Numbered from the stretch's first letter, positions 9,512-20,201 are shown. The stretch: 64,000 nt of DNA from Candidatus Saccharimonadia bacterium (GCA_041743505.1 JBGTMQ010000015.1:13531-77530); one strand, 5' to 3'. Numbers and translations: made by a program. Notes: a model not told the origin generated them from the sequence alone.

Positions 9512-10378
9512 TTAGTCCTCTTCCAGTAGTCCCAACAAATATTGCCCGTAGCCGCTTTTCTTCAGCGGGTGAGCGAGTGCTTCGAGCTGTTCGTCTGTAA
9601 TAAATCCTTCATGCCAAGCAATCTCCTCAATGCAACCAATCTTCAACCCCTGTCGCTCTTCGATGACCTGGATGAAGTGGGCCGCCTGCAGCACATCATT
9701 GAAGTTGCCCGGATCCATCCATGCCGTACCACGGTCCATCACGTGCACCTTTAGTCTGCCTCGTTTGAGGTAGCCGTTATGAATCTCGGTAATCTCCAGT
9801 TCACCACGAGCGCTTGGCTTGGCTTCCTTGGCGATCTCAACCACCTCGTTATCGTAAAAATAAAGCCCAGGTATACCATAGTTGGATTTAGGCTTCGGCG
9901 GCTTTTCCTCGATAGAAATAGCTTTCATATTCTTGTCGAACTCCACCACGCCTAAACGCTCCGGTGTAGCAGTGTGATAGGCAAAGATGATGCCCCCATC
10001 CGGGTCGGTGTTCTTCTTTAAGCTATCGCCAAAGCCTGTCCCGTAAAAGATGTTGTCACCCAGGACCATACAAACCTTGTCATCGCCAATAAAATCCGCG
10101 CCTACAATAAACGCATCAGCCAAACCGCGAGGGTAGTCCTGAATAGCATATTCAAACTGGCAGCCAATCCGCGAACCATCACCCAGAAGATTCTTAAATC
10201 GTGGCTGGTCTTCAGGAGTGGTAATAAAAAGAATCTCGCGTATACCAGCCAGTAGCAGCGTGGAAAGGGGATAGTAAACCAGCGGTTTATCGTAAATCGG
10301 CATTAACTGCTTACAAATGCCGTGAGTGATGGGGTAGAGACGGGTGCCGGAACCGCCTGCCAGGATAATACCTTTCAT
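9512..10378 (-). CDS. rmlA: Glucose-1-phosphate thymidylyltransferase
   Basis: MKGIILAGGSGTRLYPIT...full-length RmlA-like, 288 aa. Confidence 0.9.
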   Translation of the reverse strand: MKGIILAGGSGTRLYPITHGICKQLMPIYDKPLVYYPLSTLLLAGIREILFITTPEDQPRFKNLLGDGSRIGCQFEYAIQDYPRGLADAFIVGADFIGDDKVCMVLGDNIFYGTGFGDSLKKNTDPDGGIIFAYHTATPERLGVVEFDKNMKAISIEEKPPKPKSNYGIPGLYFYDNEVVEIAKEAKPSARGELEITEIHNGYLKRGRLKVHVMDRGTAWMDPGNFNDVLQAAHFIQVIEERQGLKIGCIEEIAWHEGFITDEQLEALAHPLKKSGYGQYLLGLLEED

Positions 10379-10385
10379 AACAAGA

Positions 10386-10430
10386 AACCTGCCTATCTAT
10401 TATGCGCTTATGATAACAGATAGGCAGGTT
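10386..10430 (-). promoter_or_regulatory. Intercistronic 13-bp perfect stem-loop between a NUDIX gene and rmlA
   Basis: aacctgcctatct ... agataggcaggtt with a 19-nt loop. Confidence 0.4.
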
Positions 10431-10447
10431 AGTGGGGTAGAAGTGGT

Positions 10448-10990
10448 CTAGATGCCGTGAACGTGTAGCAGATACAAGGTGGCAAGCGTCTTTGTATCCG
10501 GCAACTCCCCGGCCACCGCCATGGCATTCAGTTCCCTCAAGCTCAACCATCGTTGCTTTAGAATACCATCGGCCAGGTCACGCCGGTGTTCAGCTTCACT
10601 CATATGGTCAGCTAGTAATACGATGCCGCGTTGGTTACTATTACTGACCGCCTCATAGATATCACCCAAAACGCGCCATGTGCCGGCCTTTAGGCCAGTT
10701 TCTTCACCGAGCTCGCGCTGGGCAGCGTCTTCAAGCGATTCACCGGCATCGATCAATCCGGCTGGAAACTCCCAAAATTGTCGCGCAGTCGGATAGCGAA
10801 ATTGCCGGATGAGGAGAAGCGCGCCGTCGGCATTGCGGGCCACAATGACGACGAAACCATCCGTTGTTACATAGGTGTATTTACCAGGCTTGCCAGTCGG
10901 CGTGGTAACCTCATCCTCAGTCAGTGTAAACCAGGGCGTCTGGTGAACCAGCCGTGATGATACCTGCTTCCAGGGGCTTTCTTCCGTCAT
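10448..10990 (-). CDS. NUDIX hydrolase
   Basis: Nudix box GLIDAGESLEDAAQRELGEETG; 180 aa; inside the rml operon. Confidence 0.8.
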   Translation of the reverse strand: MTEESPWKQVSSRLVHQTPWFTLTEDEVTTPTGKPGKYTYVTTDGFVVIVARNADGALLLIRQFRYPTARQFWEFPAGLIDAGESLEDAAQRELGEETGLKAGTWRVLGDIYEAVSNSNQRGIVLLADHMSEAEHRRDLADGILKQRWLSLRELNAMAVAGELPDTKTLATLYLLHVHGI

Positions 10991-10992
10991 AT

Positions 10993-11844
10993 CTACTCCT
11001 TAGTTGATCTGAGTTTGAGGTACTCTTTCAAATCATCTCGCCAGTCCCGCACCCTCAAGCCAGTAGCCTTGATCTTAGACAGGTCCATCGTGCTTTGCAA
11101 CGGACGGGGAGCCGCCTCAGGCTTCTTCTTAAAGTACTCCTCGGTAGTAGTCCCCGTCACTGTCAGGTCATCCCGGCCGATATTGGTAAGAATCGTTTGG
11201 GTAACCTCGGCCCATGACGCCGGCTCTCCATCGTTCGTCAGGTTGTAGAGACCGTACGGCGCCCCGATTTTCAAGAGGTGCTCGATCCCATCCACCAATT
11301 GTCCGGTAAACGTCAGCCGCCCGATCTGGTCGTCCACTACTGATGGCGAAATATTCTTAGCGGCCACGCCCACCATGGTCCGCACAAAATTCGGCCCATC
11401 ACCAATCAGCCACGTGCCGCGCAAGTTGTAATGCTTGGGCACAATACTAGCAGCAAAGTCACCAGCCGCTTTACTTTGCCCATACACGCCCAGCGGCGTC
11501 ACCGGCTCATCTTCTGTGTGGAGCGCCTGCCGGCCGTCAAAAACGTAATCGGTGGATCCTTGCACCAGCGTGAGATCATGCTTGATTGCGATCCTGGTCA
11601 GCCAGGAGACTGCTTGAGCGTTGATCTTCCATGCTTGTTCCCGGCCTTCAGCGGTCTGAGCGCCATCTACATTCGTATAGGCGGAGGCATTCAGAATCGT
11701 GTCGATCTGACCCCAGTCAAAGGCCTCTAACACCACCAAATCTGTGACATCAAGCTGCTCACGGGTATAAGCCAACGAATCAGGAAACCGCTTCCGCAAC
11801 GCCCTTCCAAGCTGCCCATTGGCGCCCAATATCAAAGCCTTCAT
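10993..11844 (-). CDS. rmlD: dTDP-4-dehydrorhamnose reductase
   Basis: MKALILGANGQLGRAL...RmlD-like throughout, 283 aa. Confidence 0.85.
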   Translation of the reverse strand: MKALILGANGQLGRALRKRFPDSLAYTREQLDVTDLVVLEAFDWGQIDTILNASAYTNVDGAQTAEGREQAWKINAQAVSWLTRIAIKHDLTLVQGSTDYVFDGRQALHTEDEPVTPLGVYGQSKAAGDFAASIVPKHYNLRGTWLIGDGPNFVRTMVGVAAKNISPSVVDDQIGRLTFTGQLVDGIEHLLKIGAPYGLYNLTNDGEPASWAEVTQTILTNIGRDDLTVTGTTTEEYFKKKPEAAPRPLQSTMDLSKIKATGLRVRDWRDDLKEYLKLRSTKE

Positions 11845-11874
11845 CGCGTTACCTCCATCGGCTTGAGATGCTTA

Positions 11875-12831
11875 TTAAGCGCGAGTGGTCTCCGAGTAGA
11901 GTGACTCGTATACCTTATTCAGGACAGTCCGTTGACGCGAGGCCTCGGCTGTCTTCTCAAGCTCCCGGCGCAAGGTATCCTTGTCCGTGGCCTTGATATT
12001 CTCACCCAACTCTTTCACGATCTCGCGCAACCGCTCTTCGTAGGGCTTTACCTTAATCCCGAGCGCCTCAAACTTTGTCACATCCAGCACCGTATCCACG
12101 CGAGTGTTCGGTGTCATCTTATCAAGCTCAGCCTTAGCGATCTTCTCTGGCTCCAGATCTGGCAGGATGAATTCTTTGATCATCAGGCCAATCTGGTAAG
12201 GAGTAGTGTAACCGGCGTTAGAGACATGGTAAATACCGGTCGCGTCCCTAGCGATCAGCTCATCCGTCCAACCCATCAAATCCTCAATAACTGTACCCGA
12301 GTTAGCCGTATCAACAAACTTCGAGAACGTTAACATCTTCACCAGCATATTCTTGCTGTTAACCCGGGCTGATACAGGCTGACGCGGCCGCAAAATCAAA
12401 TACTTAAAGTCGGCCGAGCGCTCAAATGTAACCATTTCCTCGCTCCAGACCTTGGTCCACCCATAATAAGACGATGGGTTCGGAATGGATTCCTCGGTCT
12501 TAGCGTCCTTGCCGTCAACACTCGAGAAGATACAGCCGCTGGAGTAATGAACAAAGTAAACCTTACGCTGGTCACAGACCTTGGCTATAACACCAGCCCC
12601 GAGCACGTTGGCATTAAATGCCTCAAGCCGATTGTTACCACACCATTCAAGGTTTGTCTTAGCAGCCGTGTTTATCACTACGTCTGGCGCAAATTCCTCC
12701 ACCGCTTCATCAACCTGCTCAAAATCAGTAATGTCAGAACCAGCGGCTATTTTAGCTTCGACATCAGTGTTTTTATAGTGGTCAAGGTAAAAATTGGCGA
12801 TCTGACCGTTACCGAAAATTAAGATCTTCAT
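11875..12831 (-). CDS. SDR-family sugar-nucleotide reductase/epimerase (RmlD-like paralog) with a coiled-coil C-terminal extension
   Basis: Start placed at MKILIFGNG (ATG 12831, AGGAG SD). YGWTK catalytic motif. Confidence 0.6.
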   Translation of the reverse strand: MKILIFGNGQIANFYLDHYKNTDVEAKIAAGSDITDFEQVDEAVEEFAPDVVINTAAKTNLEWCGNNRLEAFNANVLGAGVIAKVCDQRKVYFVHYSSGCIFSSVDGKDAKTEESIPNPSSYYGWTKVWSEEMVTFERSADFKYLILRPRQPVSARVNSKNMLVKMLTFSKFVDTANSGTVIEDLMGWTDELIARDATGIYHVSNAGYTTPYQIGLMIKEFILPDLEPEKIAKAELDKMTPNTRVDTVLDVTKFEALGIKVKPYEERLREIVKELGENIKATDKDTLRRELEKTAEASRQRTVLNKVYESLYSETTRA

Positions 12832-12879
12832 ACTCACTCCTAAATTAATTTCATCATAACGCACTATCTGGCGGGTATA

Positions 12880-13902
<1,023 letters not shown>

Positions 13903-13917
13903 TCAAGGGTAATGAAT

Positions 13918-14433
13918 CTAAATGATATCTAGCTCGCGCAAGCGCCTTAAGGACGTAACAGCTGATTCAAACTGAAATTTATCAAAATCCATGTCTTCGT
14001 ACCGCATAAATATTGCCTCAGCCACATCATCAGCCGCCTTAACCACGGCATCAGGTTTAATACGGGCCCAATACATGAGCGAAAGAACCGGAATCGTCTC
14101 GCCTTTATAATCGTATTGGTCAACGTAGGTCAAAATGTACTGAGGCGGGTCATAATTCTGTGGCGAAAGTCCAAGCTCCTCCAGCATTTCACGCTCGCAA
14201 GCAGACTCGGCGGTTTCCATATGATCAGTAAAGCCGCCTGGTATATCAAAATTTCCTTTACCAGGCTCCATTCCCCGAACGGCAAGAAGCGCCTCTTTTT
14301 TATCATTAACGAAAATTACGCTAGAGGCTGGTGAGGCATTGGCAAAAATTACGTGCCCATCCTTACAAATGTATACATGGTCCCGGTCGTTAGTGAGTGG
14401 CTGGCCGCAACGGCGGCAAAAATTCATTTCCAT
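13918..14433 (-). CDS. NUDIX hydrolase with N-terminal zinc ribbon (NADH-pyrophosphatase-like)
   Basis: CRRCG...C zinc-ribbon and Nudix box GGFTDHMETAESACEREMLEELG; first gene of the rml operon. Confidence 0.75.
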   Translation of the reverse strand: MEMNFCRRCGQPLTNDRDHVYICKDGHVIFANASPASSVIFVNDKKEALLAVRGMEPGKGNFDIPGGFTDHMETAESACEREMLEELGLSPQNYDPPQYILTYVDQYDYKGETIPVLSLMYWARIKPDAVVKAADDVAEAIFMRYEDMDFDKFQFESAVTSLRRLRELDII

Positions 14434-14508
14434 ACATAACAGGATAACAGATGAATGGGCGTTTTTATGGGCATCTCGCGGGGGACAATACTCTATTCCC
14501 GAGTTCCT

Positions 14509-14525
14509 ACTCTCCTCAGGAGAGT
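14509..14525. promoter_or_regulatory. 17-bp perfect palindrome ACTCTCCTCAGGAGAGT (copy 1) in the rml/glmS divergent region
   Basis: 8-bp arms around a single central base; about 76 bp upstream of the operon start. Confidence 0.5.
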
Positions 14526-14589
14526 AACAGCTGTAAGGTTACATCATTATTACTTCCTTAAGCCATAAATCCATACCCTCATAAACCCG

Positions 14590-14606
14590 ACTCTCCCCAG
14601 GAGAGT
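14590..14606. promoter_or_regulatory. 17-bp near-palindrome ACTCTCCCCAGGAGAGT (copy 2)
   Basis: 16/17 identical to copy 1, centers 81 bp apart. Confidence 0.5.
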
Positions 14607-14919
14607 GCTCACCGCAACAAACAACAAAGTACCCGCCAACAAATCCAGCGCCAAACCCGCACACCCTTTGCATCTATGGTATCAACGCCGCCGGAACCGC
14701 CGGAGCCAATGCCAATCTCGGCTGCAAAACGGTCACGGTCGGGTGGTCAGCTTAATACCACGGGTTCCATCAAACGCCCGCCGAGAGCGATATCTCGGCA
14801 TCTAACTTGAGCGCTCAAGCAAGCCTTGAGCTTTCAAATATAGACTTAACTCTAGACAAAACCATATTTTGGTTGTACAGTGCCACAGTATTAAGCATTA
14901 TAAAACGGGAACTCAGAGT

Positions 14920-16743
14920 ATGTGTGGCATAGTTGGATATATTGGCCAGAAAGACGCGTCAGCGGTATTAATGAACGGTTTGCGCCGGATGGAATACCGC
15001 GGCTACGATTCCGCCGGCATCGCCCTCATGAACGGCAAGCCCACTGTGCTGAAGCGCCAGGGCAAGATCAGTGTATTGGCTGAGGCCGTCGACAAGGCCA
15101 AGCTAAAGGGCCACACCGGTATCGGCCACACCCGCTGGGCCACTCACGGCGCCCCCAGCGAGCTCAACGCCCACCCGCACCAGGCCGGCCCGGTCACCAT
15201 CGTACATAACGGCATCATCGAAAACTACGCTGAGCTCAAGACCGAGCTAGCGGCCAAAGGCGCCAAATTCCAGAGCGAAACCGACACCGAAGTCCTGGCC
15301 CATCTCATCGCCCAGGAGCGCGAAACCGCCGAATCACTAGAGGCCGCCGTGCTGGCCGCGCTCCTCCAGGTCAAAGGTACCTTTGGCTTGTTAGTGTTAT
15401 GCGAACGCGAACCTGGCAAGATCGTCGCCGCCCGCCGCGGTAGCCCCTTGCTGCTGGGTATCGGCCAAAACGAACTGTATCTGGCCAGCGACGCCACCGC
15501 CATTGTCGGCTACACCGACCGCGTGATCTACCTGGAAGACGATGAAATCGCCGTCTGCACCGCCGACGGCTACCGCATCATCGACTTTGAGGCCAAAGAC
15601 CGCCAGCACGAGGAACACGAAATCAAACTCAAGCTCGAGGCCATCGAAAAAAACGGCCACGATCATTTCTTGCTCAAAGAAATCATGGAGCAGCCCCGCA
15701 CCATTACCGATATCCTGCGTGGCCGGCTTGACCAGAAAGACGGCACCAGCCATTTGGGTGGCCTTAATTTCGACCCTGAATTTATGCAGAACCTGAACGG
15801 CTTTTTAACAATTGCTTGCGGAACTTCTTATTATGCCGGTTTACATGGCCGGTACTTGCTGGAGCGTATGACCGGTCTGCCGGTAAATGTCGAATTTGCC
15901 GACGAATTCCGCTACCGTGACCCAATTGTGTCGCCCGATAACCTGGGTATTATCATTACCCAGTCCGGCGAAACAGCCGATACACTGGCCGGCCTGAGGG
16001 AGCTCAAGCGCCGCAATATCCGCACTCTGGGTCTCGTGAACGTTGTGGGTTCAAGCGTCGCTCGCGAGGTGGACGGCGGCGTATATCTGCATGCCGGTCC
16101 AGAAATATCAGTGGCCTCAACAAAGGCCTTCAGTGCCCAGGTTATTGCTCAACTCCTGGTGGGGCTGTCGGTTGCCCGCTCTAGGTCTATGGGCGTAACC
16201 CAAGGCCAGGAAATCGTAAAAGCGCTAGAAATATTACCACAACAGGTCCAGTCCCTACTGGACCGTCGCGAAGAGATCAAGCAGTTAGCCAAAAAGCTAG
16301 CCCATTTCAACAACGTCATATTCCTCGGCCGTGATTCGTTGTATCCGGTAGGGCTCGAAGGCTCACATAAGCTCAAGGAAGTATCATATATCCATGCCGA
16401 GGCCTACGCGGCCGGCCAAATGAAGCACGGTGCCGGCGCTCTCATCGATGAAAACATGTTGCTAGTGTTCTTAAACCCGCGCAATGAATTGTATGACAAA
16501 TCGCGTTCCAATCTAGAAGAAGTCCGGGCTCGCCATGGCCGGTTGTTAGTGCTCGGCACCGAAGGCGACCATAGTTTACGTGAATTCAGCGAGGATATCC
16601 TTACAATCCCAGAATGCTCTCCCTGGACACAAGGGTTATTGGCCAACATTCCGCTGCAATTATTCGCCTACTACATGGCGGTGGAGCGCGGCACAGACGT
16701 CGACCAACCCCGGAATCTAGCCAAAAGCGTCACAGTAGAGTAA
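14920..16743 (+). CDS. glmS: Glutamine--fructose-6-phosphate aminotransferase
   Basis: MCGIVGYIG N-terminal Cys nucleophile, GATase-2 plus two SIS domains. Start trimmed to ATG 14920. Confidence 0.95.
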   Translation: MCGIVGYIGQKDASAVLMNGLRRMEYRGYDSAGIALMNGKPTVLKRQGKISVLAEAVDKAKLKGHTGIGHTRWATHGAPSELNAHPHQAGPVTIVHNGIIENYAELKTELAAKGAKFQSETDTEVLAHLIAQERETAESLEAAVLAALLQVKGTFGLLVLCEREPGKIVAARRGSPLLLGIGQNELYLASDATAIVGYTDRVIYLEDDEIAVCTADGYRIIDFEAKDRQHEEHEIKLKLEAIEKNGHDHFLLKEIMEQPRTITDILRGRLDQKDGTSHLGGLNFDPEFMQNLNGFLTIACGTSYYAGLHGRYLLERMTGLPVNVEFADEFRYRDPIVSPDNLGIIITQSGETADTLAGLRELKRRNIRTLGLVNVVGSSVAREVDGGVYLHAGPEISVASTKAFSAQVIAQLLVGLSVARSRSMGVTQGQEIVKALEILPQQVQSLLDRREEIKQLAKKLAHFNNVIFLGRDSLYPVGLEGSHKLKEVSYIHAEAYAAGQMKHGAGALIDENMLLVFLNPRNELYDKSRSNLEEVRARHGRLLVLGTEGDHSLREFSEDILTIPECSPWTQGLLANIPLQLFAYYMAVERGTDVDQPRNLAKSVTVE

Positions 16744-16801
16744 AACCTATTCTCCTAAATAGCCACTGTCACAAAATCACCACAATTTCTGGTACCAGTT
16801 G

Positions 16802-16810
16802 TGTCATAAT
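16802..16810 (+). promoter_or_regulatory. Extended -10 (TGtCATAAT) 7 nt upstream of the vanW-like ATG: leaderless transcript
   Basis: TG at 16802-16803, CATAAT at 16805-16810, ATG at 16818. Confidence 0.45.
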
Positions 16811-16817
16811 GACATAG

Positions 16818-18605
16818 ATGGCTCAATCCGAAGAGCAGTTTGATGACACCCAAGAAACGTCTCCGGTAGACCTGCTCCGGTGGCCTTGGTATTGGCGTTG
16901 GTCAGGTGGCCTGGTACTGTTGGCCCTACTACTTTATGGCAGTTTCCAGTTTGCCTACGCTGGCAAAGTCTTCCCCGGCGTCAGCGCTGCCGGCGCCGAT
17001 CTGGGCGGCTCTACCAAGGCTCAAGCCACCGAGAAGCTAGCCTCACATGTCAGGGATTTCTCCATTCACACGCTTTCTATCAAATACAACGACACATCTC
17101 TCAACATGCCCATCCGAAACCTGGAGACCGAATACGACACCGGTAAAGCCGTCGACCTCGCCTATAATTATGGCCGTCAAGGTGGTTTGTTGCGGCGGCT
17201 GCACGAGCAATTACGGGCCTTAGTCGGCCGGCCCACCAACTTTGCCGCCTACTCCTACAGCGATGAGCAACTAGCCTCATATCTGGGACAGATCGAAGAC
17301 GACGTTGTAACGCCGGTCCGCGATGCCAGCCTGACTTTCAACGACAACCACGCCCAAGTATCACCGGCCAAAGCCGGCAACCGGCTGGACCGGGCCCGGC
17401 TGGTCGCACTCATCGAAGATCATCTGGCCCGCGCCGACACCGAGTCCATAACCGCGCCGGTCTACCAATTGAAGCCGGTAGTAGATACCGCCGTGCTCGA
17501 TCGCGCGGCCGGTCAAGCCGATCAGTACATCTCGGCGCCGGTCACGCTAGCCAATGACAACGAGCCCATCAAGGCCATCGACCAGCCCACTATCATTAGC
17601 TGGCTCAAAACCAAGCACCAAACCGGCGGCGAGTTCCTGGACACCCTCGACCTTAAGGACATCTATCCAGGCGCCACCGTGGCCAGCTTCTCGCTCGACA
17701 AATCGGCCGTGACAGCCTACGTGGCCAGCCTGGCCCGCCAAACCGACCAGAAGCCCAAAAATGCCGCACTTTCAATGAAAGATAACCAGCTTGCCGTCAC
17801 TGCACCCAGCCGCGACGGCGTCACCCTCGACCAGCCCAGCGCGGTTGACAGCATCCTGAGGGCACTATCCAAACCCGCCGACGACCGCAGCGTCCCGCTG
17901 GATATCCAGACCGTCAAGGCCGACGTCAACGAAACCAACCTCGACAGCCTCGGTATCAAGGAGCAGATCTCTCAAGGCCAAACATTCTTCCCGGGCTCAC
18001 CCTCCACCCGCATGACCAATGTCCGGACGGGCGCCGCCAGGTTCAACGGTATATTACTCAAGCCCGACGAGGTCTTCTCGTTTGGCGGCTTGCTGGGTGA
18101 AGTAAATGCTTCCACAGGGTATGTGCCCGAGCTGGTAATCCTGGCTGATCACGAAGAAAAACAGTACGGCGGAGGCTTGTGCCAGGTTTCATCCACCGCC
18201 TTCCGGGCGGCCCTCTTGGCCGGCTTGCCCATCTTGCAGCGCAGCAATCATGCCTTTGCCATTAACTATTACACTGCGCCGTTTGGCGTTCCCGGTGTGG
18301 ATGCCACCATTTACTACCCACAAGTCGATTTTAAGTTCAAAAACGATACCGGCCACTACATCTTGATGCAAACTACCATGCAGGGCACTACACTCAAATT
18401 CGACTTTTTCGGCACCAAAACCAAGACCGGCACCATTCGCGGACCTGAGTTTGTTACCGGCAATAGTGATCATACCAAGCCGTCCCACACTGTCTTTTAC
18501 CGGGACATCCTGGACCCAGAAGGCAAGGTTCACAAGACCGACACCTTCCACACTCGCTACAAGTCTAGCCTCGATTATCCCATCGAAACCACCGGCTACA
18601 ACTAA
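16818..18605 (+). CDS. VanW-family protein (N-terminal TM, G5/PG-binding-like region, VanW domain)
   Basis: GGGLCQVSSTAFRAALLAGLPI VanW signature, 595 aa. Confidence 0.8.
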   Translation: MAQSEEQFDDTQETSPVDLLRWPWYWRWSGGLVLLALLLYGSFQFAYAGKVFPGVSAAGADLGGSTKAQATEKLASHVRDFSIHTLSIKYNDTSLNMPIRNLETEYDTGKAVDLAYNYGRQGGLLRRLHEQLRALVGRPTNFAAYSYSDEQLASYLGQIEDDVVTPVRDASLTFNDNHAQVSPAKAGNRLDRARLVALIEDHLARADTESITAPVYQLKPVVDTAVLDRAAGQADQYISAPVTLANDNEPIKAIDQPTIISWLKTKHQTGGEFLDTLDLKDIYPGATVASFSLDKSAVTAYVASLARQTDQKPKNAALSMKDNQLAVTAPSRDGVTLDQPSAVDSILRALSKPADDRSVPLDIQTVKADVNETNLDSLGIKEQISQGQTFFPGSPSTRMTNVRTGAARFNGILLKPDEVFSFGGLLGEVNASTGYVPELVILADHEEKQYGGGLCQVSSTAFRAALLAGLPILQRSNHAFAINYYTAPFGVPGVDATIYYPQVDFKFKNDTGHYILMQTTMQGTTLKFDFFGTKTKTGTIRGPEFVTGNSDHTKPSHTVFYRDILDPEGKVHKTDTFHTRYKSSLDYPIETTGYN

Positions 18606-18701
18606 AATCCGGGCAGACAAGCCACCGGCAAATTGACACGCCGACTGCTTTCCGGATAAACTCCTAGAGCTTCTGTGTACCTTGAATATAGAGGAGTGTC
18701 T

Positions 18702-20129
18702 ATGATGCCCTACAGACAGTCCCTGGTCGGCAGCGAGTCCGAATTTGGCTTGTCGGTCCGTAAGGGCGACTACGATGACACACTGCGCCTATTAGCGAAT
18801 CTTCTGACCACGACCGTGCCTATATTGCCCGACAGTATAGTCGCCGGGAAGCGGCGCTGGTACCGTGCCGGTAGTGGTATGTATGTTGATCTCGGCGGCC
18901 ATTTTGAATTCACGAGCGCCGAATGTGCCAATCCGGCTCAGCTAGCCGCTCACGAGTGGTCTGGACCTTTTCTGATGCGCTGCCTGTACAATGCGGCCAT
19001 TCAGCAACATACACTCCCGGCCGACATTTGGCTGTTCAAAAACAACACCGACAAAACCGACGTCATTACGTATGGCAACCATCTGAACCTTTTGATGCCC
19101 CAGATGTGGAATCCCGAAGACGATATTTGCAGCTTTGCTTCCGTCGCTATGGCAATGGTGGTAACGTTACCACTCCTCACCGGAGCCGGGACAGTGTTTA
19201 ACCTCGATGAGCAGCAGCCGGCTTTTCTGGGGGGTAAAGATTACGCTTACCGGATCAGCGCCCGCAGTGAGTTTATGTGTAAAGAAATTGGCAATGACTC
19301 AACTCGCCAGCGGGCTATATTTCTCAACCGGAACGACCATCATGTTGGCAACAACCCGTACTGGCGGCTCCAGATCCTTTCACTCGACGCCAATATCTTG
19401 CCCATACCCATCGGCATCAAAGCCGGCCTGCTGGCAAACCTAGTGATGATGTGGGCGTCCGGCGAGATCGAGCCATTAACGCTGCTTGACCCGGTCGCGG
19501 CACTGCGCCAAGTCAGTCTTGACTGGCGAGTCCCGCTGGAGGTCAAAAGCCACCGCTCCATGACCGCCGTACAAATACAGCAGTACTACTTGTCTCAAAT
19601 CGAGCAATTTGTCATCCGGCATCATTTGTGGTCCTTCATGGTCACAATCAACGAAGCCAAGCGGCAATTAGCGGCTTTTGCAGCCACCGGGGGCGTACCT
19701 GAACAACTCTTTGGGTCTAACGATTGGGTGACTAAATGGATGTACCTGCAACGCCAAGCTGCCAAAGGCAAGAAAGGCTACTGGCGGGCCGCCGAAGTCA
19801 ATCTCAAGTACCACGGCTTGCCGCTTGACAGCCGCTTTCACACCAGCATACCTATGATGCTATTACGGCGGTTTGGCGGTCCCTGCTTCCTCCAGCAGGC
19901 CCAGCTCGCTACCTGGGTGCCGCCTACCGGCTCAAGAGCTATCGTACGGGGCGCTTTCATCGATACGCTACTGGCCCACCCACCTAAAATACCCAGGCCC
20001 GTCGCTATCGACTGGGCCACCGCCCGGTACAACGGCTACCACCTTAATCTGAGCGATCCGTTCTCCACCAACACTCGGTGGCTGAACAAGCTTGCTCAAC
20101 TGCTAGCATCCGATAAACACAGAGCCTAG
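18702..20129 (+). CDS. Pup-ligase/deamidase-family protein (PafA/Dop-like carboxylate-amine ligase homolog)
   Basis: GSESEFG, YVDLGGHFEFTSAEC, IWLFKNNTDKTDVITYGNHLNLL and C-terminal DW..Y.L.LSDPF align with PafA motifs. Start at ATG 18702 after GAGGAG SD. Own promoter TTGACA-17-ATAAAC. Confidence 0.75.
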   Translation: MMPYRQSLVGSESEFGLSVRKGDYDDTLRLLANLLTTTVPILPDSIVAGKRRWYRAGSGMYVDLGGHFEFTSAECANPAQLAAHEWSGPFLMRCLYNAAIQQHTLPADIWLFKNNTDKTDVITYGNHLNLLMPQMWNPEDDICSFASVAMAMVVTLPLLTGAGTVFNLDEQQPAFLGGKDYAYRISARSEFMCKEIGNDSTRQRAIFLNRNDHHVGNNPYWRLQILSLDANILPIPIGIKAGLLANLVMMWASGEIEPLTLLDPVAALRQVSLDWRVPLEVKSHRSMTAVQIQQYYLSQIEQFVIRHHLWSFMVTINEAKRQLAAFAATGGVPEQLFGSNDWVTKWMYLQRQAAKGKKGYWRAAEVNLKYHGLPLDSRFHTSIPMMLLRRFGGPCFLQQAQLATWVPPTGSRAIVRGAFIDTLLAHPPKIPRPVAIDWATARYNGYHLNLSDPFSTNTRWLNKLAQLLASDKHRA

Positions 20130-20172
20130 CAGCCCGAGGCCTCCGGTATGACCGGGGGCCTCATTAACATCT

Positions 20173-20201
20173 TGACACTTCGGGTTTTGTTCGGTAACAT
20201 G
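20173..20201 (+). promoter_or_regulatory. lexA promoter TTGACA-17-TAACAT; region GTTCGGTAACATGAAAAC overlaps the -10 (possible LexA operator, unresolved)
   Basis: Hexamers at 20173-20178 and 20196-20201. Confidence 0.45.

Noticed and set aside
14434-14919. glmS ribozyme upstream of glmS
   Set aside because: I looked for the conserved core (AGCGCCAGAACUGGCAGGCGCCUG-like P1/P2 and pseudoknot). Only a fragment, CAGCGCCAAACC, is present. The region is better explained by palindromic operator-like sites.
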